A stretch of DNA of 60,797 bases, filler included, from Actinomycetota bacterium (GTDB taxonomy: Bacteria; Actinomycetota; Actinomycetes; JAKEEW01), in NCBI GenBank assembly GCA_046725875.1. It is 4 parts of 4 records of this genome, joined end to end, with 100 filler letters (N's around TTAATTAATTAA, not from the genome) between each part and the next. Parts side by side here need not be neighbours in the genome. Positions count along the whole stretch, not along the records: positions 43,789 to 54,972 come from JBKOZJ010000063.1; positions 55,073 to 60,797 come from JBKOZJ010000064.1; 2 more parts are not named here. One strand, given 5' to 3'. A model generated the notes under the pieces. It saw nothing but the letters and a program-made list of their open reading frames with translations, was not told the origin of the DNA and did no database searches. A program made the translations under genes and the position numbers. Positions 50,045 to 59,749 of the stretch are shown here, piece after piece. Positions within the stretch are counted from its first letter, which is position 1, and the number at the start of each line of letters is the position of its first letter.

Positions 50045-50565
50045 GTGAGCCGCGACATCTTCGTTCAAGACATCCCCGATGGCGTCGCAAGCGTGGAGGA
50101 CATCCCCTACGACTGGAATCCGTCGACGTTGCCGGTCGGCCATACCGAGGTCGTCGCGCCGTTCGAGAACTGGCTCCGCAAGCTGATCTTTCCGACCCTG
50201 AATGGATTCACGTCGTGTTACCGGGCGCGGACATCGAGGTAAACGTAGCCCGGGCAGCACCACTCGATTCGTTCGCACTTCACGTGCGAGCCGCCGATGA
50301 CGCCACAGCGAACCGATTCATCGCCAGCCTGCTCGAGCGACTCGGCACGCGGGCATTCGACCCGGAATCGGAAACGGGGATCTTCCAGACCCAGACGTAC
50401 ATTCCACCATCGGTACGACCATCCGGGGTACGGCAGGAGCGGTCGCCTTTGAGCAGCAATAACCGTGCCAGGGCGCATACACCGGAACGGGCCTGGACCG
50501 ATCCCTTGTCTGGAGGAGATCGACTGTCCGAGCCCTTCCGGTGTTGCCGTTCGCCGGTGGCTTGA
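50045..50565 (+). pseudogene. hypothetical protein split by a frameshift near 50157
   Basis: MSRDIFVQDIP...EVVA continues in another frame as AVRELAPQADLSDPEW...SFALHVR...RAFDPESETGIF. Confidence 0.55.
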
Positions 50566-50696
50566 ACCCGGTTCACCGGCATAGCGCCCCCCATCCCCCG
50601 GGAGACGGGGGGCACGCTTTCGTGCGTCCAGGGTCGCGGCCGTGGCCACCGCTAGCGCCGGCACGGGAGTTGGCGGGCGACGTTTCCGCGGAGGGG

Positions 50697-51164
50697 CTAG
50701 TGGCAGTGGAAGAACGAGTTGACCGTGCCGTCGGGCCGGACGTTGAAGTGATCGCTAAAGTGGTTGCTGAATGTCGAACCGTCCGAGAGCGTCCCCCGGG
50801 CGTTGAACGTGAACGTGCCGTTCACCGTCTTGCCGTTGTCGTTGAAGCCTCCCCAGACCGTGAACTTGGCGGTGTAGGTCGGCAGACTCGGCTCGTCCAA
50901 CGGCACTCCGACGGCCGTGCCGGTTTGGGTGAAGGTGGCGTGCACGCGGCCGTCAGCGAAAATGGTCTCGTGGATGACCAGGTTGCTGGTGGTCGTCACG
51001 AGGTAGGGCGGTCCCTCCTCGCAGCTGGGAACCACGTCGACGAAGGTCTCGACGATGTCCTTCTCGATAGTGGTCTGGGTCTCCGGTGGAGCGGCGAACG
51101 CGGCCGCTCCTACGGTCAGTAGGCCTGCTGTCAGCAGGCCAACCATGAGCAGACGACGAAGCAT
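50697..51164 (-). CDS. secreted hypothetical protein (beta-rich, two Cys)
   Basis: Signal peptide MLRRLLMVGLLTAGLLTVGAAAFA/APP and strong GC3 bias. Confidence 0.8.
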   Translation of the reverse strand: MLRRLLMVGLLTAGLLTVGAAAFAAPPETQTTIEKDIVETFVDVVPSCEEGPPYLVTTTSNLVIHETIFADGRVHATFTQTGTAVGVPLDEPSLPTYTAKFTVWGGFNDNGKTVNGTFTFNARGTLSDGSTFSNHFSDHFNVRPDGTVNSFFHCH

Positions 51165-51799
51165 TCCATCCCCCCTTGAGATGCGGTGCATGAGCGCACC
51201 GGATGCGAGCGAATGTACTCCCCGACTCGTCGAAGGAACCATGGGCTTGCCGGGTTAGCACGACGTGGGGCTCCACGAGCCTTGGACGAAATGGACGAAG
51301 AGCTCTGTCGGAGGCTCGACCAATGTCAACCGCGGCCGAAACTGACCTCCTGAACCCCGCCCCATCCCGCGGCGCTTCAGCAAGATCAATCAGGCGCTCC
51401 CTCATCGGCACGAGTGCGCACCAAGAGCGGCATGTGAGTGCGTCGTGTACGACGGCGAAGTCCGGGGTTCGCGAGCGATCCCCAGGCGGAGTGGGCCACC
51501 GAGTACTGCTGGTGGCCAGATGATCGATATGTCTCGGTTCCAGGCCTCGCGTCGGAACCCGACGAGCATTACACCGACGTGCTGAAGCGGGCAGCCACCC
51601 TGGTCCGGGCCCTTGAGCCCCTCAGCGTGCCCGGCGTGCACGTGGCGGCGGTCGGATTCGACGACGGGGACTTCATCCTGATCTGAGCGGGTTGACGCTC
51701 ATCGGCATGACCGACCAGCGGCCGATGCAGGACCACAACGTCGAGGAGTGATGCATCCAATCGGACACCTGTAGCCAGCCCGGCACGGGTGATCCGGCA

Positions 51800-52363
51800 C
51801 TATCGGTCGGACTGCTTTCGGACGCGGAAGCGGAGGATGGTCGCGTCGCCCGACTGCGTGCTGCCGAGCGGTTCCAGGTCTGTCCTCGCAAGGCCCGGGG
51901 ACGAGAAGCGGATGCCGTCGCCGAGCAGCACCGGCAGCACATACACCAGGATCTCGTCGACGAGCCCCCGCTGCAGGCACTGGCTGGCCACGTCGGCGCC
52001 GAGGATTTCGAGGTTCTTGCCACCCGCAGCGTCCAGTGCGGTGGCGACCGCTTCCCCGATGTCGCCGGAGAGGATCGTGACCTCCGGGTCCGGCGGCTCC
52101 AGCGGTCTATGGGTGAGGAGGAACACCGGTCCGGAGAAGGGGTAGTCGGTGCTACCCGGCTCCTCGGCCTCCATCCGGTCGCCTACCTCCCAGGTCCGCC
52201 GGCCGACAAGCATGGCGCCGGTGGCCGCGGCGACCGCCGCGAAATCGTCCGGTGCCACGAAGTCGGCGAGAGCGCGACCACCGCCCCAGTCCATCGAGTG
52301 GCCGGGACCCGCGATGAAGCCGTCCAGCGACATACACCTGTTCACGACTACCTTGCCGCTCAT
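51800..52363 (-). CDS. RibD-C/dihydrofolate reductase family protein
   Basis: CMSLDGFIAGP, MLVGRRTW, VFLLTHR, ILGADVA, LPVLLGDGIR; RBS AAGGAGG. Confidence 0.9.
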   Translation of the reverse strand: MSGKVVVNRCMSLDGFIAGPGHSMDWGGGRALADFVAPDDFAAVAAATGAMLVGRRTWEVGDRMEAEEPGSTDYPFSGPVFLLTHRPLEPPDPEVTILSGDIGEAVATALDAAGGKNLEILGADVASQCLQRGLVDEILVYVLPVLLGDGIRFSSPGLARTDLEPLGSTQSGDATILRFRVRKQSDR

Positions 52364-52591
52364 TTCACAGCCGCCCTCCTTAGGTCGTCACCGCACGTCT
52401 GGCCCTTCATGAGCTGACACCTGTCGAATCTCAGCGCGCGCCGCCACGGGTTCAGATCTTTGCGCCGATCGGGGCGGGCGTACGGGAAGTGCCGCTTCAG
52501 TATGTCTCACGTGACGCCCGGCGGCCGGAGCAGTAGCGACAGCTACAACATCCGCATCTCGGCATTATGTAGGTGATCCGTGTCAAGTGGA

Positions 52592-53839
52592 TCATGATGC
52601 TTGGCTGTCGTTGAGATTGTTGAGCAGTCGTTGGAACAGGTCGGCGCGCTGCTGCTGACGATGGTTGGCGGCGTGATCGTGCTGGGCCTGCAGGGTGGGG
52701 CGGAACTCGATGCTGGTCTGGAAGAAGGTGCAGTTCTCGCAGATGGACTCGAACGCGCAGTCCAGCTCGGCTGGCCTTGTGCAGTAGCCGTTGCCGAGCA
52801 GCCGGTGGTGCTCCCGGCGCAGCCTGGCCATCTTCGGTCCGATGGCATCTGCCGGTAGTTGTTGGGGTTGGCCGTAGAGGGCTTCGACCTTGTCGGTGAC
52901 GGCGAAGTACTCCTCGGCGACCGTGTTGTTGGCAATCTTGGCGTAGCGCAAGGTCATGTCCATGCTGCGGTGGCCGAGCATCGCCGCGATCGCCTCCAGG
53001 CTCATGCCGCGGTTGATGGCTTGGGTGGCCAGTGTGTGCCTGAGCTGATGCGGATGAATGTGTGGCAGCCCGGCGGCGGCGCCGGCCTTGTTGATGAACC
53101 GGGTAACCGTGTGCCGGTCCAGCGCGTGTCCGTTCTCCCGCGGCAGCAACAGCGGATGATCGGGCGGCACGTGCTTGCTGCGGTACTCGTCGATGAGCGC
53201 GACGAGGTTGGGGTGCAGGGGCAGGTAGCGGTCGTCGCGCAGCTTGCCGACCGGCACGTGCAGCCACGGCGCGGCGCCGATTTGCACCACCGCGTCAGCG
53301 GGCAGGCTGGTGTACTCGCCGACCCGCAAACCCGTGCGCAGCAACACTTCCACGGTCACCCGGATCAGCATCCGGGGCTGCGCTTGGGCGGCGCGTAGCA
53401 ACCTGGCGGCGGCCGCGTCGTCGAGGGCCTTGGGCAGCGGATGGTCTTGACGCGGTAGGTCACCGTTGAACATCGGTACCCGGACCGGCGCCTCGTCCCA
53501 CGCCCACTCGTCGATGCGGACGAAGAACATCCGCAGCGTGCCGAGCCGGTGCGCGATCGTGGCATCCGTCACGTGCGGCTTGTTCTGCCCGGGCCGCGCC
53601 GCCAGCCACCGCTTGTAGCCCTCGACGTGGCGGCGCGCCACCTCGGCGGTCGACATCACCTCCGGCACATGCTCGACCACGAACGCGGCGAACGACCGCA
53701 ACGCGAGGTCGGCGCCGGTGACGCTTCCCGGGCGCAGCACGCACGCGATCTGCTCCAGGTAGCGGCGCATCGTGGCCACCATCCGTGGCTTGGCAGCCAG
53801 TAACTCCTCCCAGCTCGGCAACAGCAGCGGTCCGCTCAC
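52592..53839 (-). CDS. tyrosine recombinase 2 with C-terminal Cys cluster (Tn554 TnpB-like)
   Basis: TGLRVGE, HQLRHT, LGHRSMDMTLRY; tail NGYCTRP...CAFESICENCTFF. Confidence 0.93.
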   Translation of the reverse strand: MSGPLLLPSWEELLAAKPRMVATMRRYLEQIACVLRPGSVTGADLALRSFAAFVVEHVPEVMSTAEVARRHVEGYKRWLAARPGQNKPHVTDATIAHRLGTLRMFFVRIDEWAWDEAPVRVPMFNGDLPRQDHPLPKALDDAAAARLLRAAQAQPRMLIRVTVEVLLRTGLRVGEYTSLPADAVVQIGAAPWLHVPVGKLRDDRYLPLHPNLVALIDEYRSKHVPPDHPLLLPRENGHALDRHTVTRFINKAGAAAGLPHIHPHQLRHTLATQAINRGMSLEAIAAMLGHRSMDMTLRYAKIANNTVAEEYFAVTDKVEALYGQPQQLPADAIGPKMARLRREHHRLLGNGYCTRPAELDCAFESICENCTFFQTSIEFRPTLQAQHDHAANHRQQQRADLFQRLLNNLNDSQAS

Positions 53840-54894
53840 CGCGCACCTGCTGCCGGTTTGTCGACGAACACCTGCGCGTCGAGTACCTCGGCCGCCTTGC
53901 GGTACTGCGAGGCGAGCCAGTCGTCGGCCAGGTGCAGGTAGATGCGGGTCGACTCGATCGACGCGTGCCCGGCCTGAGCCTGCACCGCCTCCAACGCCAT
54001 CCCAGCCTCTCGCAGCCGGGTCAGGCAGGTGTGCCGCAACTCATGACAGGTCGCGTGCTGCAGGCCCGCGCGACGGCGGGCACGATCGAGGATCTCGTCC
54101 AACCCGTAGGCCGACAACGCCTGGCCACGTCGTGGCCCCTTCAACGCCACGAACACGGACTCGGTCGACGAGTCGGCCGGACGCTCACCCTCGAGGTAGG
54201 CGGCGACGTGGGCGAAGAACCGGCGCGAGACCGGCACCAGCCGCTGGTGTCCGCCCTTGCCGTCGGCGACCAACACCCGTCGCTCCGCGACCCGCAAGTC
54301 GTCCAGGCGCAGCCCGAGCACCTCGCACCGACGCAGCCCGCCGAGCACCATCGCCGCCACCATCGCCCGATCCCGATGCGTGCGCAGCGCCGCGGTCAGC
54401 GCGTCCACCTCGGCCGGCGTCAGGATCCGCGGCAACCTGCGCACCCGGCGTACCAGCGGCACACCCTGATGAGGCCGCCGCCGTTCCCGACGCGTGGGCA
54501 ACCCACGCGGAACCGGGTTCGCCGACACGTCACCGCGGGCGTGCAGGAACCCGTACAGGCCCGACACGATCGACAACCTGCGCCGCACCGTGCCCACCGA
54601 CACACCAGCCTCATCGTCAACGACCACGGGCTTGAGCACGCCGTCGATCGAGGGATGTCCGCTGCGTTGTGCGGTCACGAACGCCAGCACGTCGCCCGGC
54701 TGCACGTCCTGCGGCGCCTTGCCGACCACGGTGAAGAACACCTTCAGGTCGTAAGCGGCCGCCAGCACCGTGTTCGGCCGGCACCGGCCGGCCAGAAACC
54801 GCAAATAGTCGTCCAGCACCGGCACGCCCAGCCGTGCCGGCGGCGCCCCCGGCCGGTCCCACGGACCGATCAGGCACACGTCGAGTAGGCGCAT
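53836..54894 (-). CDS. tyrosine recombinase 1
   Basis: N-terminal PNTVLAAAYDLKVFF, GLRRCEV, GKGG, HELRHT, AGHASIESTRIY; GTGA overlap with gene 2. Confidence 0.93.
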   Translation of the reverse strand: MRLLDVCLIGPWDRPGAPPARLGVPVLDDYLRFLAGRCRPNTVLAAAYDLKVFFTVVGKAPQDVQPGDVLAFVTAQRSGHPSIDGVLKPVVVDDEAGVSVGTVRRRLSIVSGLYGFLHARGDVSANPVPRGLPTRRERRRPHQGVPLVRRVRRLPRILTPAEVDALTAALRTHRDRAMVAAMVLGGLRRCEVLGLRLDDLRVAERRVLVADGKGGHQRLVPVSRRFFAHVAAYLEGERPADSSTESVFVALKGPRRGQALSAYGLDEILDRARRRAGLQHATCHELRHTCLTRLREAGMALEAVQAQAGHASIESTRIYLHLADDWLASQYRKAAEVLDAQVFVDKPAAGAR

Positions 54895-54972
54895 CGCGGG
54901 TGACTCCCCCTTCTCGGGACCGCCGGAAACTCTCCGGCGAAATGTCCCAGAAGATCACCCACATAACATGCA

Positions 54973-55072
54973 NNNNNNNNNNNNNNNNNNNNNNNNNNNN
55001 NNNNNNNNNNNNNNNNTTAATTAATTAANNNNNNNNNNNNNNNNNNNNNNNNNNNNNNNNNNNNNNNNNNNN
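54973..55072. other. artificial contig-join spacer
   Basis: 44 N + TTAATTAATTAA + 44 N. Confidence 0.98.
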
Positions 55073-55217
55073 AGCGTCGGTGGTTCAGCCGATTCACCGA
55101 GCCGATGGCGCAGGCTCCGCGGCATGCGGCCGTGGCGACGCCCGGGGAACCTTGAACGGCATCTGCCCAGAGACGTCCGGGAACGCCACCCACTAACCCC
55201 TCGATCAGCTGGCCGGA

Positions 55218-55718
55218 CTAGCGGGCCGGCCGCTCTTCGAGGAGGAACCGCGCGTAGTTGGCTACCGAACGTTGATAGCGCGGGAGATGCGGAGCAAGCG
55301 CCGACAGCGCAATGGAGACCGCCTCGCGTTCACGGCCGACGTCCGCGAGCGCCAGCGCGAGGAAGGCGGACACGGCATCATCCAGCTGATCCGATGCTGC
55401 ATTCCGCTCTGCCGTGAGCAATCGCACGCTCTCCCCGGCCCGGCCGAGGTTGCGCAGCGAACTAGCCATCTGGATTACTGCCCGCCGCCGCCGCTCGCCC
55501 TCCAGCCCGCGATCAAGGGCCTCCCGATAGAGAGGTACGGCCTGATCTGAATGACCAGTCGAGTCAAACGCCGACGCCCGCTCGAACAGGCCGACCGCAT
55601 TGTCCGGCGGCAGCTCGGCTGCGAGCTTGTCGATCGCCGTCCGCAGCTCCTCTCCGCTCAGGTGGTCGATCGACGCCCACACGTCGGCCAGGCGCTGCTC
55701 CCAGTAGGAATCTGTCAC
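55218..55718 (-). CDS. tetratricopeptide repeat protein
   Basis: FERASAFDSTGHSDQAVPLYREAL...IQMASSLRNLGR...YQRSVANYA; GTG 55718. Confidence 0.85.
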   Translation of the reverse strand: MTDSYWEQRLADVWASIDHLSGEELRTAIDKLAAELPPDNAVGLFERASAFDSTGHSDQAVPLYREALDRGLEGERRRRAVIQMASSLRNLGRAGESVRLLTAERNAASDQLDDAVSAFLALALADVGREREAVSIALSALAPHLPRYQRSVANYARFLLEERPAR

Positions 55719-55800
55719 CGTCCCAACCTTGCACAAACCGAGGTCAGGAGGACGCATCCGGCTGCCGCCCGACGGCCGGTGTTGCGGCACGCCTCCGTTC

Positions 55801-56634
55801 TCAGCCGGAGCGCTTCAGCTTGCCGTGCCGCTTGGCGTAGCGCTCACCGGCCGAGAACAGTGCCAGACCGGCCGGGATGGTCACCAAACCGATAAGCACC
55901 AACTTCCCAATGTCGTCACCCATGCTGGACAGCCCCGCCCCGTCCAGAATGGCCGCCCGGATCCCGTTAAGCGCGTACGTCGCGGGGCTAACCGCGGCCA
56001 CCGCTTGCATCCAGCCCGGCAGCACGTCGACCGGGTAGTAGATGCCGGACACTACGAGCAGCACACCCTGCGCGACGAACCCGAGCTGTGCCCCCTTCTC
56101 CGGCGAGATGAGAGGGAGCACCGCGGTCATGAAACCGATACCGGCGAAGGAGATGCTCGCGACCAGCAGCACCACGATGGCGGCGAAAAAGTCGGCGTTG
56201 GACAGCTCGAGGTCGAAGAACAGCCCCACGATCCCGAAGATCAACAGCGCCCTGATCAGCGCGTACAATACCGAGAAAGTGGCCATGCCGGCCAGATGCG
56301 CGGAGCGCCGCAGGGGGGCCATGAAGGTGTACTCAATCGTCCCTTCCCAGCGCTCCCACGCAACGGTCTCGGTGATGAACTCGAAGATGATGCCGAGGTA
56401 CGCCCAGATCACCGCGCCGATCAGCAGGTAGGTGGTAACCCGCTCGACGTCGATCGCGCCGCCGCTCGCCTCGATGCCACGGCCGATGAAGACGATCGTC
56501 AGCGTGTTCGCGATCGTCCAGACGAGGAACGCGATGTCCCACCAGATGTAGCGACGGGTTAGGTAGAGGTTGCGTTCGATGACGCCGGCAACGCCGATGA
56601 GCTCGCTGCGCAACACCGCAGTGCGCGACCTCAT
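55801..56634 (-). CDS. ABC-2 type exporter permease
   Basis: ERWEGTIEYTFMAP, SGIYYPVDVLPGWMQ...SPATYAL and about six TM segments. Confidence 0.92.
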   Translation of the reverse strand: MRSRTAVLRSELIGVAGVIERNLYLTRRYIWWDIAFLVWTIANTLTIVFIGRGIEASGGAIDVERVTTYLLIGAVIWAYLGIIFEFITETVAWERWEGTIEYTFMAPLRRSAHLAGMATFSVLYALIRALLIFGIVGLFFDLELSNADFFAAIVVLLVASISFAGIGFMTAVLPLISPEKGAQLGFVAQGVLLVVSGIYYPVDVLPGWMQAVAAVSPATYALNGIRAAILDGAGLSSMGDDIGKLVLIGLVTIPAGLALFSAGERYAKRHGKLKRSG

Positions 56635-57503
56635 GCGAGCACCTCCCTCTCGTCGCGGTCTTCCTCGTCGTCGTCGTCCGCGAGCTCACGACCGGTCGCC
56701 GCGAAGAACGCTTCCTCGAGCGTCTGCGCGCCGTATGCGTGCTTGAGCACCTCGGGCGGCTCGAGCGTCAGCAGCTTGCCGCGGTCGATGATCCCGACCC
56801 GGTCGGCCAGGGAGTCCGCCTCGACCATGTCGTGCGTACAGATCAGGATCGTCGCGTCATGCAGTGTGCGGATCTCCCGTACAAACTCTTGGACCTCGAG
56901 CTTCGACCGCGGGTCCAGGCCGGTCGTTGGCTCGTCCAGAAGGAGGAGTACGGGAGAAGTCAGCAACGCGCGGGCAAGCGCGACCTTCTGCTGCATCCCG
57001 CGGGAAAGGTTCTCCATCGGTTCCGCACGCCGGTTCGGCGGAAAGCCGACCCGGCCGAGAATGCGCGGGATGTCGTCCCGGGTCTCCCGGGACGACATCC
57101 CATAGAAGCGGGCCGCATAGCTCAGGTTCTCCGCGGCCGACATCTTCTTGAAGAAGCTGGCCTCGACCGAGACCCGGTTGATCAGGCGCCGGACCGCGCG
57201 CGGCTCTCGAAACACGTCGTGGCCGAAGACCTTCGCGGTCCCGCCGTCGTGCAGCAGCAGCGTCGACAGCAGTCGGACGAGGGTCGATTTGCCCGAGCCG
57301 TTCTGGCCTAGGATTGCGACCGTCTCGCCGCGCTCCATGCTGAAGGTGACGCCGTCGAGCGCGGCGATCCGGCGCCGGCGGGGGCCGCGTGACCCGCGCG
57401 GGGCCTTACGCCGGAATTCCTTTCGTAGATTTACGACCTCGACCGCGAGTACGGCCGCAGTCGGCGGTGACGGCGCTTCGACAGCTGGCACCGGCTGAGA
57501 CAT
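56631..57503 (-). CDS. ABC exporter ATP-binding protein (DrrA-like)
   Basis: GQNGSGKST, LSRGMQQK, LLLDEPTTGLDP, THDM. Confidence 0.94.
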   Translation of the reverse strand: MSQPVPAVEAPSPPTAAVLAVEVVNLRKEFRRKAPRGSRGPRRRRIAALDGVTFSMERGETVAILGQNGSGKSTLVRLLSTLLLHDGGTAKVFGHDVFREPRAVRRLINRVSVEASFFKKMSAAENLSYAARFYGMSSRETRDDIPRILGRVGFPPNRRAEPMENLSRGMQQKVALARALLTSPVLLLLDEPTTGLDPRSKLEVQEFVREIRTLHDATILICTHDMVEADSLADRVGIIDRGKLLTLEPPEVLKHAYGAQTLEEAFFAATGRELADDDDEEDRDEREVLA

Positions 57504-57749
57504 GCGAGACTCCAGATTCTCGGATGGGGTTGCGATGGCACGAAGGCAAGCGCCGGGCTCCTAGCTCGTCCTCGGCACGTACAGATCGGGACGTCATGCG
57601 CCGCCCGGCGGCGAACGCTCGCGGACTCAACCGGCCATCCTTCGACGGTAGACAGTGCCCGGCCCTCGCGCGAGCGGTTTTCCCGGCCCGGAGGACCAGA
57701 ACAACGACGGGTCCGCGAGATCACCGCCGCTTCAGCGTTGGCCGTGCGA

Positions 57750-58244
57750 TCAAAGCCCGCGGTACATCACGTGGAGGCCGACGTACCCCTCCCGCGGATG
57801 GTTGAAGGCATCCGGGATCGTCGCCAAGATCTCAAAGCCGAAAGACTGCCACAGCTTGACCGCTCGCGTGTTGGTATCCACGACGGCGTTGAACACCATC
57901 GCCCGGTATCCATCGGCCCGAGCGGAATCGAGAACGTGCTGGCACAGTGCTCGCCCGACCCCCCGCCCCTCATAGGCAGGGTCAACCATGAAGCCCGCGT
58001 TCGCGATGTGCGCACCCGGACCCCCGTGGTTGGGGTGGGTCTCGGCCGTTCCAGCGATCCACCCGGTGTCACCGACGGCGACGACGGTGCGACCCGGCGG
58101 CTCGTGCATCCAGTACGACCGAGCCGTCTCCTCGCTGGTGTCGGTATCCCACGAGAACGTCTCTCCGGCTTCGACGATCCCCCGCATGAACCGCCAAATC
58201 TCCCCCCAGTCCTCCGCCGTAGCCGCCCTGATCGTCACCGACAT
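57750..58244 (-). CDS. GNAT family acetyltransferase
   Basis: HIANAGFMVDPAYEGRGVG, FNAVVDTNTRAVKLWQSFGF. Confidence 0.9.
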   Translation of the reverse strand: MSVTIRAATAEDWGEIWRFMRGIVEAGETFSWDTDTSEETARSYWMHEPPGRTVVAVGDTGWIAGTAETHPNHGGPGAHIANAGFMVDPAYEGRGVGRALCQHVLDSARADGYRAMVFNAVVDTNTRAVKLWQSFGFEILATIPDAFNHPREGYVGLHVMYRGL

Positions 58245-58330
58245 CGCCTGCTCCTGCTCCACCGCTCACCTCTGGTGCGGCTTCCCGGTCAAGACCCGTC
58301 GCCATCTCATTGAACTCCAATCGACACTGA

Positions 58331-59067
<737 letters not shown>

Positions 59068-59749
59068 CCGGAAGACGGCCATGCGGAGCACGTCCGCGTA
59101 GGTGCCGTTGTGCCAGGTGTGCGCGCGGAAGCAACCCTCCTCCGTGAAGCCGACCTTCTTGTATGCACCGACTGCGCGAGCGTCGTCCGCCAACACCTCG
59201 AGTGAGACCTTCCGGAAGTTGAGGTACCTGAACGCGTAGTCAACCAGCGTCCGCACTGCGTCCTGGCCGTACCCCTGTCCCCATTTGTCGCGACGAAGCG
59301 AGATGCCCAGGTGGCACGCGTGAGAGTAGTCGTCGAAGAAATGCAACGTGCACTCGCCGATGAGTTCGCCGTCGGCCTCGATGACGAATCGTGCCTTGTC
59401 CGGCTCGGGCTCCGATGAGCGTTTGTCGAATCGCGCCTCGAGCGTGGCGAGCGAGGTCGGGAGCGGTCGGCTATCGCTCGCGCGGTGCTCGACCTCCAGA
59501 TCGTTATACATCGTCCAGATGTGTGGGAGGTCCGTCCGCTCCCACGCGCGGAGCACCACCCGCTCGCCGGTCAGCATCCCGCCGCCTCCGATCCTGATCC
59601 GTCAAGATGCTCCGTGCGCTCCCACGGAACACGCGCTGCATGGTCGGTGCGCCCGCCCGATCCTCGACGACGGCATGCGAGCAGGGCAACTGGTTTCCCG
59701 TGCAAAAGCCCATCGGGGACTCCCCAATTGCCCGCGGAGTTTGTACTGG

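Larger units (their letters stand above)
52565..54966 (-). mobile_element. 2.4-kb element of two tyrosine recombinases with 14-bp terminal inverted repeats (RIT/Tn554-like)
   Basis: Left IR TTATGTAGGTGATC (52565-52578) and right IR GATCACCCACATAA (54953-54966), 13/14 identical, tightly enclosing two coupled recombinase genes. Confidence 0.85.

Noticed and set aside
57627..57638. MAG-UGA as the start of a selenopeptide
   Set aside because: No SECIS like the FDH one follows, and the frame closes about ten codons later.
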